Virus record (IMG/VR): IMGVR_UViG_3300046171_000008
Coordinates: 1-54,923 of that record
Reading direction: 5' to 3' (one strand)
DNA from: a virus
Lineage: Duplodnaviria; Caudoviricetes
DNA length: 54,923 nt
Part shown: positions 26,936 through 37,171 of the stretch, in pieces
Layout of the letters: each line of letters opens with the position of its first letter
How positions within the stretch are numbered: the first letter of the stretch is position 1
Program-made: the position numbers and the translations under genes
The notes under the pieces: model-generated
Seen by the model: the letters and a program-made list of their open reading frames with translations, nothing else
What the model was told of the DNA's origin: nothing
Database searches by the model: none

Positions 26936-29005
26936 ATGGCGATGTTCAAAGCATTTAAACCTGAAGCAATGAATAAGATTGCACAGGCTATGGGCTATTC
27001 TGGTGACATGGGCCAGTTCCAACAATACATTGAAGATGACCCAGCACGTAAGGCACGAATGAATGGCTTTGTCCAAGCTGCACAGCAGATGGCAAAGGGT
27101 GGTGTAGTGAAGATGCAACAAGGTGGTATATTGTCTCAAGGTCCATCTTTTTATACTCCTACATCTGGAGAAACGCTTGTTCAAAATGACCCTACGCCTA
27201 CAGCCATTAGGTCAACAGTAATGCCTCAAACTGGAGGTATGTTTGCATTTAAATCTGACGGTACACGTGTAACTGTTCCACAAGGATATTTTGACCCACG
27301 CACAGCACAACAAGACACACCACCTGCTGCACCTACACCCCAAAGTGATGTAAAGAACGTAGCTATTGGTGATGTAACTACACAGCGTATGTATGCACCC
27401 GGTCTACCGCAGGGCGGTGTAACTACCGCTGCTATGACACCAACAGGTCCGGGTCAAGAAGTGCAGCAAGGTACTGGCGCACTTACAGGTGCAGTTGCAG
27501 TGCCTACAGCTATGGCACAGACAGCTATAGCTGCCCCACAACAAGAGTCACAAGCAAATGTAATGGAAGCCGCTACAGCCGCACCAGCAGTCGATGCAGC
27601 TATGAATGCTACACAGGCAGCACAGGCTACCGTAGACCCCCGCGCACAGGTCACAGCGGCCCAGCAAACAGCATCTAGCGTAGGTAATCTACAGGCTGCA
27701 CAGGGCAATGCCACACTTATCAACAATCCTGTACAACGTCAGATTCAAGCAGGTGAACTTATCTCTGGTGCTGCTGATGCCCAGACTGCTGCTACCTTTA
27801 CTGAACAAGTACAAGCTGCAGAAGCTACACCATCTACGCAAGCTACTGTACAGGGCCAGCTTGCTTCTCTAACAGCCAACTTTGATGCTGCCAATCCACC
27901 TGCATGGGCCGCTGGTGCTATGCGTAATGCTACACAAGCAATGGCTGCACGTGGACTAGGCGCAAGTAGCCTCGCTGGTCAGGCAATTGTACAGGCCACG
28001 CTTGAGGCTGCTCTCCCCATTGCACAGGCTGATGCAGCAGTAACTGCACAGTTTGAGGCACAGAACCTATCTAACAGACAACAACGTGCTATGCTTTCTG
28101 CACAGCAACGTGCCACATTCATGGGTCAAGAGTTTGACCAAGCCTTTCAATCACGTGTTCAGAACTCTGCACGTATTGCCGATATAGCTAACATGAACTT
28201 TACTGCTGAACAACAGGTACAGCTAGAGAACTCTCGTGCTGCTAATACAATGAACCTTAACAACTTGTCTAACTCACAGGCAATGACAATGGCAGAAGCA
28301 TCTGCACTAGCACAGATGGATGCATCTAATCTTAACAATCGTCAACAGGCTGCAGTAAATAATGCACAGGCATTCCTGCAGACCGATATGGCTAACTTGT
28401 CTAATCAACAACAGACAGAGTTGTTTAAGGCACAACAGCGTACACAGTCTATGTTTACGGACCAAGCAGCTACCAATGCAGCACGTCAATTCAATGCATC
28501 TAGTCAGAACCAAGTTGACCAGTTCTTTGCCAATCTGGCACAGCAGACATCACAGTTTAATGCCACACAGCAAAATGCACAGGCACAGTTTAATGCAGGT
28601 CAGGCTAATACAGTAGAACGCTTCAATGCTGAGATGAATAATCAGCGTGACCAGTTCAATGCACAGAACCAGATTGTAATTGCACAGTCAAATGCACAGT
28701 GGCGTAGGCAAATTGCTACAGCAGATACCGCTGCAGTTAATCGTGCTAATGAAATTAATGCTGCTGCTGTTCTTGATATTAGTAAGACCGCTTACGATAA
28801 TCTGTGGCAGTACTATGCAGACAGCATGGAGTATGCATGGGATGCTGCAGACAGTGAACTTGACCGTTTGAATAACTTGGCTGTAGCACAGCTTAGTGCA
28901 GATGCACAAGCAGCAGCAACAAAAGCAGCAAGCAGTTCTGCTGCTGGTAGCGCATTAGGCGGTTTGATTGGCACACTTGGTAGTGCATTTATTGAGTTTG
29001 GATAA
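26936..29005 (+). CDS. Internal virion (ejection) protein, A/Q/N-rich
   Basis: 689-aa helical A/Q-rich protein with RGLGASS and QFNA repeats; N-terminal MAKGG and MQQGG. Confidence 0.7.
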   Translation: MAMFKAFKPEAMNKIAQAMGYSGDMGQFQQYIEDDPARKARMNGFVQAAQQMAKGGVVKMQQGGILSQGPSFYTPTSGETLVQNDPTPTAIRSTVMPQTGGMFAFKSDGTRVTVPQGYFDPRTAQQDTPPAAPTPQSDVKNVAIGDVTTQRMYAPGLPQGGVTTAAMTPTGPGQEVQQGTGALTGAVAVPTAMAQTAIAAPQQESQANVMEAATAAPAVDAAMNATQAAQATVDPRAQVTAAQQTASSVGNLQAAQGNATLINNPVQRQIQAGELISGAADAQTAATFTEQVQAAEATPSTQATVQGQLASLTANFDAANPPAWAAGAMRNATQAMAARGLGASSLAGQAIVQATLEAALPIAQADAAVTAQFEAQNLSNRQQRAMLSAQQRATFMGQEFDQAFQSRVQNSARIADIANMNFTAEQQVQLENSRAANTMNLNNLSNSQAMTMAEASALAQMDASNLNNRQQAAVNNAQAFLQTDMANLSNQQQTELFKAQQRTQSMFTDQAATNAARQFNASSQNQVDQFFANLAQQTSQFNATQQNAQAQFNAGQANTVERFNAEMNNQRDQFNAQNQIVIAQSNAQWRRQIATADTAAVNRANEINAAAVLDISKTAYDNLWQYYADSMEYAWDAADSELDRLNNLAVAQLSADAQAAATKAASSSAAGSALGGLIGTLGSAFIEFG

Positions 29006-29009
29006 AAAT

Positions 29010-29225
29010 ATGCTAACTAATCCTACACCTATATTACATCAGAACTTGTCACTGGCTATGAAGAATATGCCAGAAGAAACTCCTATGACTAAAAATACTT
29101 TGATGGGGCCACCTAAAAAACAGGTGACAAAGGCAAAAGAAGATGATATACTACAACCTTCAAGACGTGTAGCTTCTTACATTGAAACAATTCAAAAGAA
29201 ACGTGAGGAAATTAAGAATGGCTGA
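29010..29225 (+). CDS. Hypothetical protein
   Basis: ORF fills the gap between internal virion genes. Confidence 0.55.
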   Translation: MLTNPTPILHQNLSLAMKNMPEETPMTKNTLMGPPKKQVTKAKEDDILQPSRRVASYIETIQKKREEIKNG

Positions 29226-29742
29226 CATGATGATGCAACCTAAACTTGATGCACCTATTCCGGGTCATTCCTTAACTAAGGAACTTGGCTCACGTCCTTG
29301 GCAGCAACCTGCACAGTACACAACTGTAGAGGATGCGCTGGACTATTATATTCCACGACTTGAATCTGATGAAGTTACAAGTCAACTTCTTGATGTACTT
29401 GAAATGGGTATTCCTGTAACTACAGTAGCTAATACAATGCAGCTTGGTAGTGTCATGGAAGGCAAGCACAGTGTTGATGTAGGTATGCTTATATTGCCTG
29501 TACTGGTTGAGTTGATTATGTTAATTGCTGATAGCGCAGGTGTTGAATATACTACTGGTCTTGAAAAAGATAAAGAAATTCGTGGTTCTCTAGTAGATTT
29601 AGCAGTTAGTAAATTTAAAGAAGAAAAAGATAAAACAAAAAATAATGATGCTAGTGAAGGTGATGGTGGTAAATTTGTTGCCGACAGCATGAAGCAAGCT
29701 GCCGAAGATCGTGTCGGTGGATTAATGTCTAGGGGTACATAA
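29218..29742 (+). CDS. Conserved virion-module protein
   Basis: APIPG.SLT.ELG.RPWQQP motif; ends VGGLMSRGT. Confidence 0.7.
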   Translation: MADMMMQPKLDAPIPGHSLTKELGSRPWQQPAQYTTVEDALDYYIPRLESDEVTSQLLDVLEMGIPVTTVANTMQLGSVMEGKHSVDVGMLILPVLVELIMLIADSAGVEYTTGLEKDKEIRGSLVDLAVSKFKEEKDKTKNNDASEGDGGKFVADSMKQAAEDRVGGLMSRGT

Positions 29743-31850
29743 TGTCTCTTTTTGGTTTAGGTTCATTTGGTGAAGGTTTTGTTACAGGCTTTGCTACGGA
29801 GGCAAACGAAGCACTAAAAAAGAGTGTTAATCGTATTAATACTCGTGTAGACAAACTTAAACAATTTCAAGTAGAACGTGCTATTAAAGAGCAAGACAAA
29901 CGTGCTTCAGAAATAGAGGAACACAAAGAGGCACTAGCAGAAGCATACGCATTATTTGGGGGTGACGAAAATGCAGAGCAAGCTATTGCTTATGCTGGCG
30001 GTCTTCTTAAAGAACGTGGTGGTCTTGCTGCATTTAAAAGTAGGATTGCTGAACTGCGTGAAGCAAAAGATAACGATGTAGATATAAATTCATACTTTGG
30101 ACGTGCGGAAACAGATGCACCTTATAATGCTACATTAGATGATATAGCAGAAGCTGCAGTAGGTGGACGTTCTACCTTGGCAAGTGATTATCGTTTACCT
30201 AAAGGCATGGGTGATGATAGCAGTTTAATAGGTACAGTACTTGGTAAAAAGATAGATGTAGTCGGTATGGCTATGGAGCAAGCAGGTGAAGAAATTCGTG
30301 CGTTATACGGTGCGGATGTAGACACACTTGTTAAACTGCCTACAATCACATTCAAAGCTGAAGAGTTTTCTTTACGTGATAAAAGTCCTGCTGAAAGACT
30401 AGATTACGCAAATAAAAAACTAGCGTTACCACGTGTGCAAGCAGATGAAGCCCTTAAATCAAAATATACAAGTATGCGAGATGAACAAGAGTTAGCGGTT
30501 ATCAATACTAAAGATGAAGCAGCTACTATTGAAATTCTTGATGCCCAAATTAATCGTGCTGAACCGGGTTCTGATGAAGAAGCTACGCTTCTCTCTCAAC
30601 GTAAAAACGTAAATAGAAATATGCAATTAAAAGCTGTTGCAGATCAGCCTGTAAAAGAACTTAATTTAAGAATTGAGTATGCAATGGCAGATGCTCTTGA
30701 AGAGTCTGAACGTACAGGTAATCCAATTGATCGTAGTCAAGTTGAAATACTAGAACAAGAACTGGCTTCTCTTACAGGAGATGTACCAAGTGTTCAGAGT
30801 GAAATTGATGAAGAAAGAGAAGAACTCCGGCGTAGGTCTGACCCATCATACACAGGAACAGATAAACTTACAATAGGTTCCGATGAGTACAATAACGAAC
30901 TTGCTCGTATTGAAGCTAGACAAAATGCACACGATTCAGTAAAGCCTATAAAACCTTTAAACCCTAGATCAGTAGATGTGTTTCAAGATACTTTTCTTAA
31001 CGCTATTGCAAGAGCAGAAATAGATGCAATAAAGCAGTTTTCGGATACAGAACAAACTGTTTATCAAGGTATAAAGGATTTAGCTAAAACCCCTGCAGAA
31101 CTAGAACGCCTACGACAAAAAGGGCAAGATGATGCAAAAGCAGGTAATAACGCTTTAAATGAAAGACTTGCTATTTATGACAAAGTTGCTGCTGCATCTC
31201 GTTCTGTAACGAATACCGTTATAGCCCGTAGTTTAAATAACTATAATAAAAAAGATCACGCTGAAGCATGGATTGCTGCAGCAAATCTTGGATACATTGA
31301 TCCTGCTGACGCAACAAGTACTCCGACTGCCACTGATACCTCTGCACAGACTGCTGCTGCATTGGGTGTTGAAATAACTGCAGGTGCTGCCACAGCAGCA
31401 GACGTTAAAAGGCAGTTTCCCGATACTGTGGAAGGTGCTAATGCCATGATTAATCAGTTGTATAAAAATAAATTGAAGGTAGAAGATGCGATTAAAATGG
31501 CTAAAGAGGACGGGTATAGTCCTGAGTTTTTGGCTGTTCTTGAGCAAGAGAAAGGCCAAGATCCTGCAGGGGTCGCACAATTGGTTATTCAAGACACGGA
31601 TATAGACGTTAATGATGAAGAGGTTCGTCAAATAGCTGAAGCAAAACGTATTATAGGGGATGTTGCAGGATTTGATTCAAAAGAAATTCGTGCTATTGCA
31701 AAAGAACTAGGCGTAACTCCAGAAAAAGCTGCGGAACTTCATGCAGCAGCAACAGAGGAAATAAAAGAGGCGCGTAAAGAAAACCGTGTGTCTAGGAGAA
31801 GTGGAAGAACTAACAATCGCTATACTGGTGGATTAATGTCGAGGAAGTAG
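29742..31850 (+). CDS. Internal virion (ejection) protein
   Basis: 702-aa helical protein; SFGEGFVTGFA start; ends TGGLMSRK. Confidence 0.65.
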   Translation: MSLFGLGSFGEGFVTGFATEANEALKKSVNRINTRVDKLKQFQVERAIKEQDKRASEIEEHKEALAEAYALFGGDENAEQAIAYAGGLLKERGGLAAFKSRIAELREAKDNDVDINSYFGRAETDAPYNATLDDIAEAAVGGRSTLASDYRLPKGMGDDSSLIGTVLGKKIDVVGMAMEQAGEEIRALYGADVDTLVKLPTITFKAEEFSLRDKSPAERLDYANKKLALPRVQADEALKSKYTSMRDEQELAVINTKDEAATIEILDAQINRAEPGSDEEATLLSQRKNVNRNMQLKAVADQPVKELNLRIEYAMADALEESERTGNPIDRSQVEILEQELASLTGDVPSVQSEIDEEREELRRRSDPSYTGTDKLTIGSDEYNNELARIEARQNAHDSVKPIKPLNPRSVDVFQDTFLNAIARAEIDAIKQFSDTEQTVYQGIKDLAKTPAELERLRQKGQDDAKAGNNALNERLAIYDKVAAASRSVTNTVIARSLNNYNKKDHAEAWIAAANLGYIDPADATSTPTATDTSAQTAAALGVEITAGAATAADVKRQFPDTVEGANAMINQLYKNKLKVEDAIKMAKEDGYSPEFLAVLEQEKGQDPAGVAQLVIQDTDIDVNDEEVRQIAEAKRIIGDVAGFDSKEIRAIAKELGVTPEKAAELHAAATEEIKEARKENRVSRRSGRTNNRYTGGLMSRK

Positions 31851-31852
31851 AT

Positions 31853-34800
31853 ATGGGTTTTCGTGATTTACTCCTTTCTAATGACGAGGAAGAAGAAACA
31901 GTTACTTCTCCTCTATTAGAAAAGGAAGAACCAAAAGCGCAGCAATCTTTTCGTGACTTACTTTTGGCCCAGCCAGAGGAAAAAGAACCGGAAGATATTG
32001 ACGTAGCTACTGCTGCAACGGCACAAAAAAATATAGAGAACAATTCTGCTATTCGTGAAGCTGCTATTCGTTTTGTGCAAGACCGTTTGGGTATGACAAA
32101 TGTTACCGATCCTGATGAAGCTATGGAAGAGTATATAGAACACTTCCGTTCTTTTAACGTAAATGAAATTACTGCAGGTGGTGACTATAGGTATGTATCT
32201 GCTGCTGCTGCTGACGCAACTAAAACACCTGATTTAACACAAGAAACTAGAGATAAAGCTGCACAGAGATTAAGTGACTACCGTTTACTATATCAGTCTT
32301 TTAATGAGATGCCAGCATTTTCAGATAACTTTTTTACCGCAACTGGCGATTATGCGGAAGGCATTTTAACAGCCCCATCTACATATATAGGAATGCTATT
32401 GCCCGGTGCAGGTAAAGCGGCGGGAATAGCTGCCCAGACAGGTGCTAAAGTCGCAGTTAATCGCACACTTGCACAAGCATTTAAAACCCCCATTTCAACC
32501 CTAGCCGCTAAAGCCGCTGCAAATCCTATTAAAACCACTGTTTTAGTAGAAGGTGCGGGTGGTTCTTTGCAGAATGTAGCCGCCCAAAAAACTGAGATGG
32601 CTGCAGATTTACGTACAGATTATGATCCATCTGAAACCGCAGTGGCATTTGGCCTTAGTGCGGCTTTACCTGCTGCGGGTGTAGTATACGCAGGTAAAAT
32701 GGGGGCTAAAAAGTATATTGAAAAAGATACACCTGATTTAGTTGAACAAGTTCTTAAACAAGAAGAAGATGCTACAGTAGAAGCTGCAAAAACACTTACA
32801 AAAAATAAAAAGAATAAAAAACTTGCAAAAGACATAGCTGATGGCGCACCTAGCGTACGTTCTTTGGATGCGGATGAAGTTGCTAAAGGTAAAGATGTTC
32901 GTGAGATTATGGAAGCGGGTAAAGAACTAGACCCAGACTTCAATATGACCTTAACCCCAGAAAAAACAATGCGTATCTATGCTGGTGTAGTTGAGATAGC
33001 GGAAAGAGCAGGTATAGAAAAAGCACCTGACGAACGTATAACAGAGTTTGTTGCTCGTGCTATGGACGAGATAGTTAGAAAAGACCCTAAAAAGGGTGGA
33101 GAAAAAGCAGAAAAACTTTATGGTGAAATACTAGAAAAGTATAAACTTACCAACGATGATTTTGGTGCGTTTGTTATGGCTGATGCTTCAGATTGGGGGC
33201 GTAAAGGTGCTGCTATGTCTCAAGCAAAAAGATTACAGGTACGCTTGAACAATGCTGCTGCTAATAAAATATTTGGTTTAGATGAAGAAGCACTGAGTAA
33301 AATAAAAGAACTTGAAGAGGCTGTAAATGATGGTGATGTTCGTCTAGCACTAACCAAATCAGATGAGATAGCCGATAAAGCAGAGACAGATGGTCTGTTT
33401 AGAAAATTAGATACCGTGCGTCTAGCTGCAATGACTTCACAGACAGCAACAACTGTTCGTAACGGTGTTGGTGGATTTGGTCGTGCAGGTATTGATGGTG
33501 TAACTAAATTATTGGATAGGGGTATTGCATCTGGTTTAAAAACAGTCGGATTTGCTGAAGGTAAAAAAGGACTTAATTTACTTGAAAAAGACCCTAATCT
33601 AGATTCTTTTTCTATTTTATATGGCATGATGAATACTAAAGAATCTGCTGCTATTAAAGACATTTTTAGGATGGGTTTTGACCAGAAAGCAGAGGCACTA
33701 TACCGACAACTGCGAGACATTGATAATAAAACAGGCAAAAAGAAAGGTATGAACAGTGCCAGAGCAATTGCTATGGAACTAAATGCTCTTAACCAACTTA
33801 CTGATAATTATTTTAAACAGGCAGCATTTGCCGGATCATTGAAAAGACAACTAAATGAACAGTTTCAAAAAGCATTGGCTGATCCTAAAATGGCAGATAC
33901 TGTAAAAGCAGAGGATTTTAACCTGTTAAACATTATAGCTGATGGAGATTTTAAAAAGGTATTTGGAGATAAAAGAGGCAAAAATATGTTAGACAAGGCA
34001 GTTAAAGACTCTTTGTACTTTACATATCAACAAACACCAAATTCAAAAGTAGGACAAGCTATTGTTAATGGTATACACTCTGCACCATTTTTGACAACAT
34101 CATTGGTTCCTTTCCCCCGATTTATTATGAATGCACTGCGCTTCACCTACGAATATTCCCCTGCATATATAGTTCAGGGTGCTGCACGATCCTTTTCCAA
34201 AGATTCTAACAACTACGAAGAACTTGCCAAATCTTTAATTGGTACGGGCATACTAGCAGGTGCCGTAGCTTTTAGAGGAAGTGAAAATGCAGGTGAAAAT
34301 TGGTATGAGTACAAAATGGATGATGGCCGTACATTTGATATGCGTCCTTTCTTTCCTGCCGCACCTTATTTATTTTTTGCTGATTTGTATGTAAAATATA
34401 GAGATAATGATCCTGTAATTGGAGATAGGAGATTTGTTGCAGATGGTATTCAAGCACTGACAGGCACACAAATGAGAGCAGGATTTGGTGCTTATGCTAT
34501 TGACGGTGCTATTAAGGACTTGTTGAGAGATGATACAGACGCATATCAAAAGGCAGGTAAAATTGGTGCTAATTACATTTCTAACTTATTTAGTACATAT
34601 ACTATACCGCTTACTGCAAGTCAGGACGTGTATAATACATTCTTATCCCCAGATGATGAAGTTATTGCTAGGCAGACTGACTCATCCAATTTATTTGATT
34701 TGATTGTAAATAAATCAACCGCACGTCTACCTATGAATTATGCTTTGCAAAAGAATATACAAGAGATGACGGGTGGAAGTTCGTGGCTTCCTAAATACAC

Positions 34801-35347
34801 GGCACCAGAAGCCTACCAATCGGGTACACGTGATGAACCACTGCGTAGACAAATACCTATTACACGTCAGGTTGCAGGTATTTTATTACGGGATAGGCGT
34901 AATTTTCTTGAAAATGAAATGGCACGTCTTAAAATATCAAAGAAAAAGTTGTTACAAAAAACAGGTGTTCCTGAAGCAGATACACTAATAGGTGATTTAA
35001 TGGGAGAGTATTCAGTAGAATACATTGTTCCTATTTTACAGAATAGTGAAGAATATAAAAGTCTGGATGGAGCAGATCAAGCTGTATTTTTAAAGTCTGT
35101 AATTGATGACTACAAAGCAGATATTATGAAGTTAGTTCGTTATCGTTCTCGTTATGAAGGTAAAGAAAAGTACGGTATAGATGTTATGGCTAAAGCAGAC
35201 TTTAATAAGTTACAGTCAATGTATCAAAATAAAGCTATAGAAGAATATAATAGAAGATATGGAACGCCAAAAGAAGGTGAGCAATATGATTATTCTATTC
35301 TAACTGAAATGGGTAAATCGTGGCAACGAATAGCGGAAAATAGATAA
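31853..35347 (+). CDS. Large internal virion (ejection) protein
   Basis: 1164-aa last gene of the structural arm; VPFPRF..N motif typical of large podoviral core proteins. Confidence 0.7.
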   Translation: MGFRDLLLSNDEEEETVTSPLLEKEEPKAQQSFRDLLLAQPEEKEPEDIDVATAATAQKNIENNSAIREAAIRFVQDRLGMTNVTDPDEAMEEYIEHFRSFNVNEITAGGDYRYVSAAAADATKTPDLTQETRDKAAQRLSDYRLLYQSFNEMPAFSDNFFTATGDYAEGILTAPSTYIGMLLPGAGKAAGIAAQTGAKVAVNRTLAQAFKTPISTLAAKAAANPIKTTVLVEGAGGSLQNVAAQKTEMAADLRTDYDPSETAVAFGLSAALPAAGVVYAGKMGAKKYIEKDTPDLVEQVLKQEEDATVEAAKTLTKNKKNKKLAKDIADGAPSVRSLDADEVAKGKDVREIMEAGKELDPDFNMTLTPEKTMRIYAGVVEIAERAGIEKAPDERITEFVARAMDEIVRKDPKKGGEKAEKLYGEILEKYKLTNDDFGAFVMADASDWGRKGAAMSQAKRLQVRLNNAAANKIFGLDEEALSKIKELEEAVNDGDVRLALTKSDEIADKAETDGLFRKLDTVRLAAMTSQTATTVRNGVGGFGRAGIDGVTKLLDRGIASGLKTVGFAEGKKGLNLLEKDPNLDSFSILYGMMNTKESAAIKDIFRMGFDQKAEALYRQLRDIDNKTGKKKGMNSARAIAMELNALNQLTDNYFKQAAFAGSLKRQLNEQFQKALADPKMADTVKAEDFNLLNIIADGDFKKVFGDKRGKNMLDKAVKDSLYFTYQQTPNSKVGQAIVNGIHSAPFLTTSLVPFPRFIMNALRFTYEYSPAYIVQGAARSFSKDSNNYEELAKSLIGTGILAGAVAFRGSENAGENWYEYKMDDGRTFDMRPFFPAAPYLFFADLYVKYRDNDPVIGDRRFVADGIQALTGTQMRAGFGAYAIDGAIKDLLRDDTDAYQKAGKIGANYISNLFSTYTIPLTASQDVYNTFLSPDDEVIARQTDSSNLFDLIVNKSTARLPMNYALQKNIQEMTGGSSWLPKYTAPEAYQSGTRDEPLRRQIPITRQVAGILLRDRRNFLENEMARLKISKKKLLQKTGVPEADTLIGDLMGEYSVEYIVPILQNSEEYKSLDGADQAVFLKSVIDDYKADIMKLVRYRSRYEGKEKYGIDVMAKADFNKLQSMYQNKAIEEYNRRYGTPKEGEQYDYSILTEMGKSWQRIAENR

Positions 35348-35350
35348 AGT

Positions 35351-35383
35351 AAAAAAAGGGGCAATTAAGCCCCTTCTTTTTTT
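35351..35383. terminator. Bidirectional terminator between the converging arms
   Basis: A7-GGGGC-AATTAA-GCCCC-TTCTTTTTTT. Confidence 0.85.
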
Positions 35384-35517
35384 GTCCAGTATTCTAACTC
35401 CCACCAACCATTAAAGTCTCTGACACAATCACATATAGTATTAGTCAGTGCCATGCCTATGATATATACTAACCACAGACATATAGCACCACCTATAACA
35501 TATTTAACGATGGTCAC
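35365..35517 (-). CDS. Small membrane protein
   Basis: Hydrophobic core; GTG start inferred within the 35365..35583 ORF. Confidence 0.45.
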   Translation of the reverse strand: MTIVKYVIGGAICLWLVYIIGMALTNTICDCVRDFNGWWELEYWTKKEGA

Positions 35518-35890
35518 CAGAGCCAGACAGAGTACCCCTAGCTTTGCGGTCAGCCAATTTACGTAGGTTGTTTTCCATAACATGTCCTAAGTCCATCCCC
35601 ATCTCTGCTGCAAGCACAGCGCAGTACCACATGACATCACCAATCTCGTAGGCAATCTCAATCTTCTTGGCTTCATACTCATCCTGTGCAGCACCATCTC
35701 TAATAAATTTCTTCACCTTATTAGCAATCTCTCCCGCCTCCCCAGTAAGGCCCAGAGTCAAATACTCTGTGGCCTTTTCTTTTGGGAAGATGGCAGTGCT
35801 ACACGCCTGTTCTTGATATGCTGTTCCTGTAATATCACTCATCCTATTCTCCTTTATCCACTGTCTAGCTTCTTGCTCTAGCTTGTTCAT
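35504..35890 (-). CDS. mazG: MazG-like nucleoside triphosphate pyrophosphohydrolase
   Basis: LGLTGEAGEIANKVKK...EIGDVMWY...N..KL.DR..RG.L.GSGD.R. Confidence 0.88.
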   Translation of the reverse strand: MNKLEQEARQWIKENRMSDITGTAYQEQACSTAIFPKEKATEYLTLGLTGEAGEIANKVKKFIRDGAAQDEYEAKKIEIAYEIGDVMWYCAVLAAEMGMDLGHVMENNLRKLADRKARGTLSGSGDHR

Positions 35891-36104
35891 CCCGTTGCAC
35901 TCTCTTCAAGTTGGCGTAGTAGGCATCGTTGTACCCACGTAGCCACTCACGATGCTGCATTGTGTTATGGTCAATGCCGCTATCCCCAAGGAAGAACTTG
36001 CCTTTGTTCCCCTTGGTCATCTTGCCATTCATAAAGGCATCGAAACCCCACTGATATTGAATCTTTAGTGGAGCATCGTACTTGCTTAGTCCATTACGCC
36101 TCAT
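35865..36104 (-). CDS. Small protein with an RMF-like motif
   Basis: YQWGFDAF...REWLRGYNDA. Confidence 0.5.
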   Translation of the reverse strand: MRRNGLSKYDAPLKIQYQWGFDAFMNGKMTKGNKGKFFLGDSGIDHNTMQHREWLRGYNDAYYANLKRVQRDEQARARS

Positions 36105-36636
36105 CTAGATTCTCCTTTACATCGTAATTGAAAAGTTTAATTGCTGTAACAGGGTCAATCTTGAACCACTCTCCACGGCGTTCCTCTGCGAAGTGTTCAA
36201 ACACCTTATGCATGTGGCTTTCTTTCAAGTGCCTGTCTTCCGTATCAAGTCGTGCAATGATCTTGTAATCACGAAACGGTGAAGATGTCTGGTAGCCGTT
36301 GCACCTATCGTCTGCGTTTACTGCCTTGCCTACCTTGACCCACTCAGGGAAAGCAGGATTAACAATTGCGTAGACCTCACCAAGCGTAGTCTTTTCAATC
36401 TGGTTATGTGACCACACATCATCCAGTGATTTATACCTACCCGGCTTGTGAAGCGGGTGTGACGTGGGAATGTACTTGCCGTTCACAAACATGCGAACAT
36501 CATTGTTCTTGTGGTACTGGTCAATCCTCTCACGCTTACCTGCTGTCTTTGTGCCTTTAGGGCGAATGTACCACCACTCACCGTCCTCAAACACAGCCTC
36601 TGTCTTCCTAGTTGCTCTCTCTTTCAGCTTTATCAT
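36094..36636 (-). CDS. GIY-YIG superfamily (T5orf172-like) nuclease-domain protein
   Basis: GEVYAIVNPAFPEWVKVGKA...R...YQTSSP...E..H...GEWF. Confidence 0.75.
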   Translation of the reverse strand: MIKLKERATRKTEAVFEDGEWWYIRPKGTKTAGKRERIDQYHKNNDVRMFVNGKYIPTSHPLHKPGRYKSLDDVWSHNQIEKTTLGEVYAIVNPAFPEWVKVGKAVNADDRCNGYQTSSPFRDYKIIARLDTEDRHLKESHMHKVFEHFAEERRGEWFKIDPVTAIKLFNYDVKENLDEA

Positions 36637-36647
36637 GCTAATCTCCT

Positions 36648-36869
36648 CTACTGTTCAGTTGGGGTTTCTTCTTCTACTTGCTCTACTGATGCAATCAGTG
36701 CCTTACTGAAAGCGTCCTCTGCTGCAACGAGCTGGTCAATGTTGAACCGTGCCTCTGCAATGCGACCTTTTAGATTACGCACCTGATTCACAAAGTACTG
36801 CGACTGCTCATCAAGGTCAGCGAAGTCGTACTCCGTTTCGTTAATCGTGATTTTGTTTTGTTCTGTCAT
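36648..36869 (-). CDS. Hypothetical coiled-coil protein
   Basis: ITINETEY..DL; AGGAG RBS. Confidence 0.65.
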   Translation of the reverse strand: MTEQNKITINETEYDFADLDEQSQYFVNQVRNLKGRIAEARFNIDQLVAAEDAFSKALIASVEQVEEETPTEQ

Positions 36870-36975
36870 CGTGCTTCTCCTTTTCTTTTATCCACTCTTT
36901 GTATTGTTCAGACTTGCGGGGTGGATTAGCTATCAACCAATCCTTGCCCCGTTTCCAAATCAGTTTACTACTCAT
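36841..36975 (-). CDS. 44-aa hypothetical protein (absent from the ORF track)
   Basis: MSSKLIWKRGKDWLIANPPRKSEQYKEW...; fills the gap. Confidence 0.5.
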   Translation of the reverse strand: MSSKLIWKRGKDWLIANPPRKSEQYKEWIKEKEKHDDRTKQNHD

Positions 36976-37171
36976 TGAAATAGTCTGTCAAGATATCCAT
37001 CCTATCAGAGTGCATTGCAATCTTGTCCAACTCACCCTGTATAGCTTCCATAATATCAGAGTGTTCTCCGATACCTGCTGGATTCTTGAGGTATGTCTCA
37101 ATGTTCATTACATGCAGATTGATATTTGCCTCTGCATGACTTCTAAGTACTTCTAACATTCTTTCTCTCAT
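36968..37171 (-). CDS. Hypothetical protein
   Basis: YLKNPAGIGEHSDI motif common in marine phages. Confidence 0.65.
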   Translation of the reverse strand: MRERMLEVLRSHAEANINLHVMNIETYLKNPAGIGEHSDIMEAIQGELDKIAMHSDRMDILTDYFNE

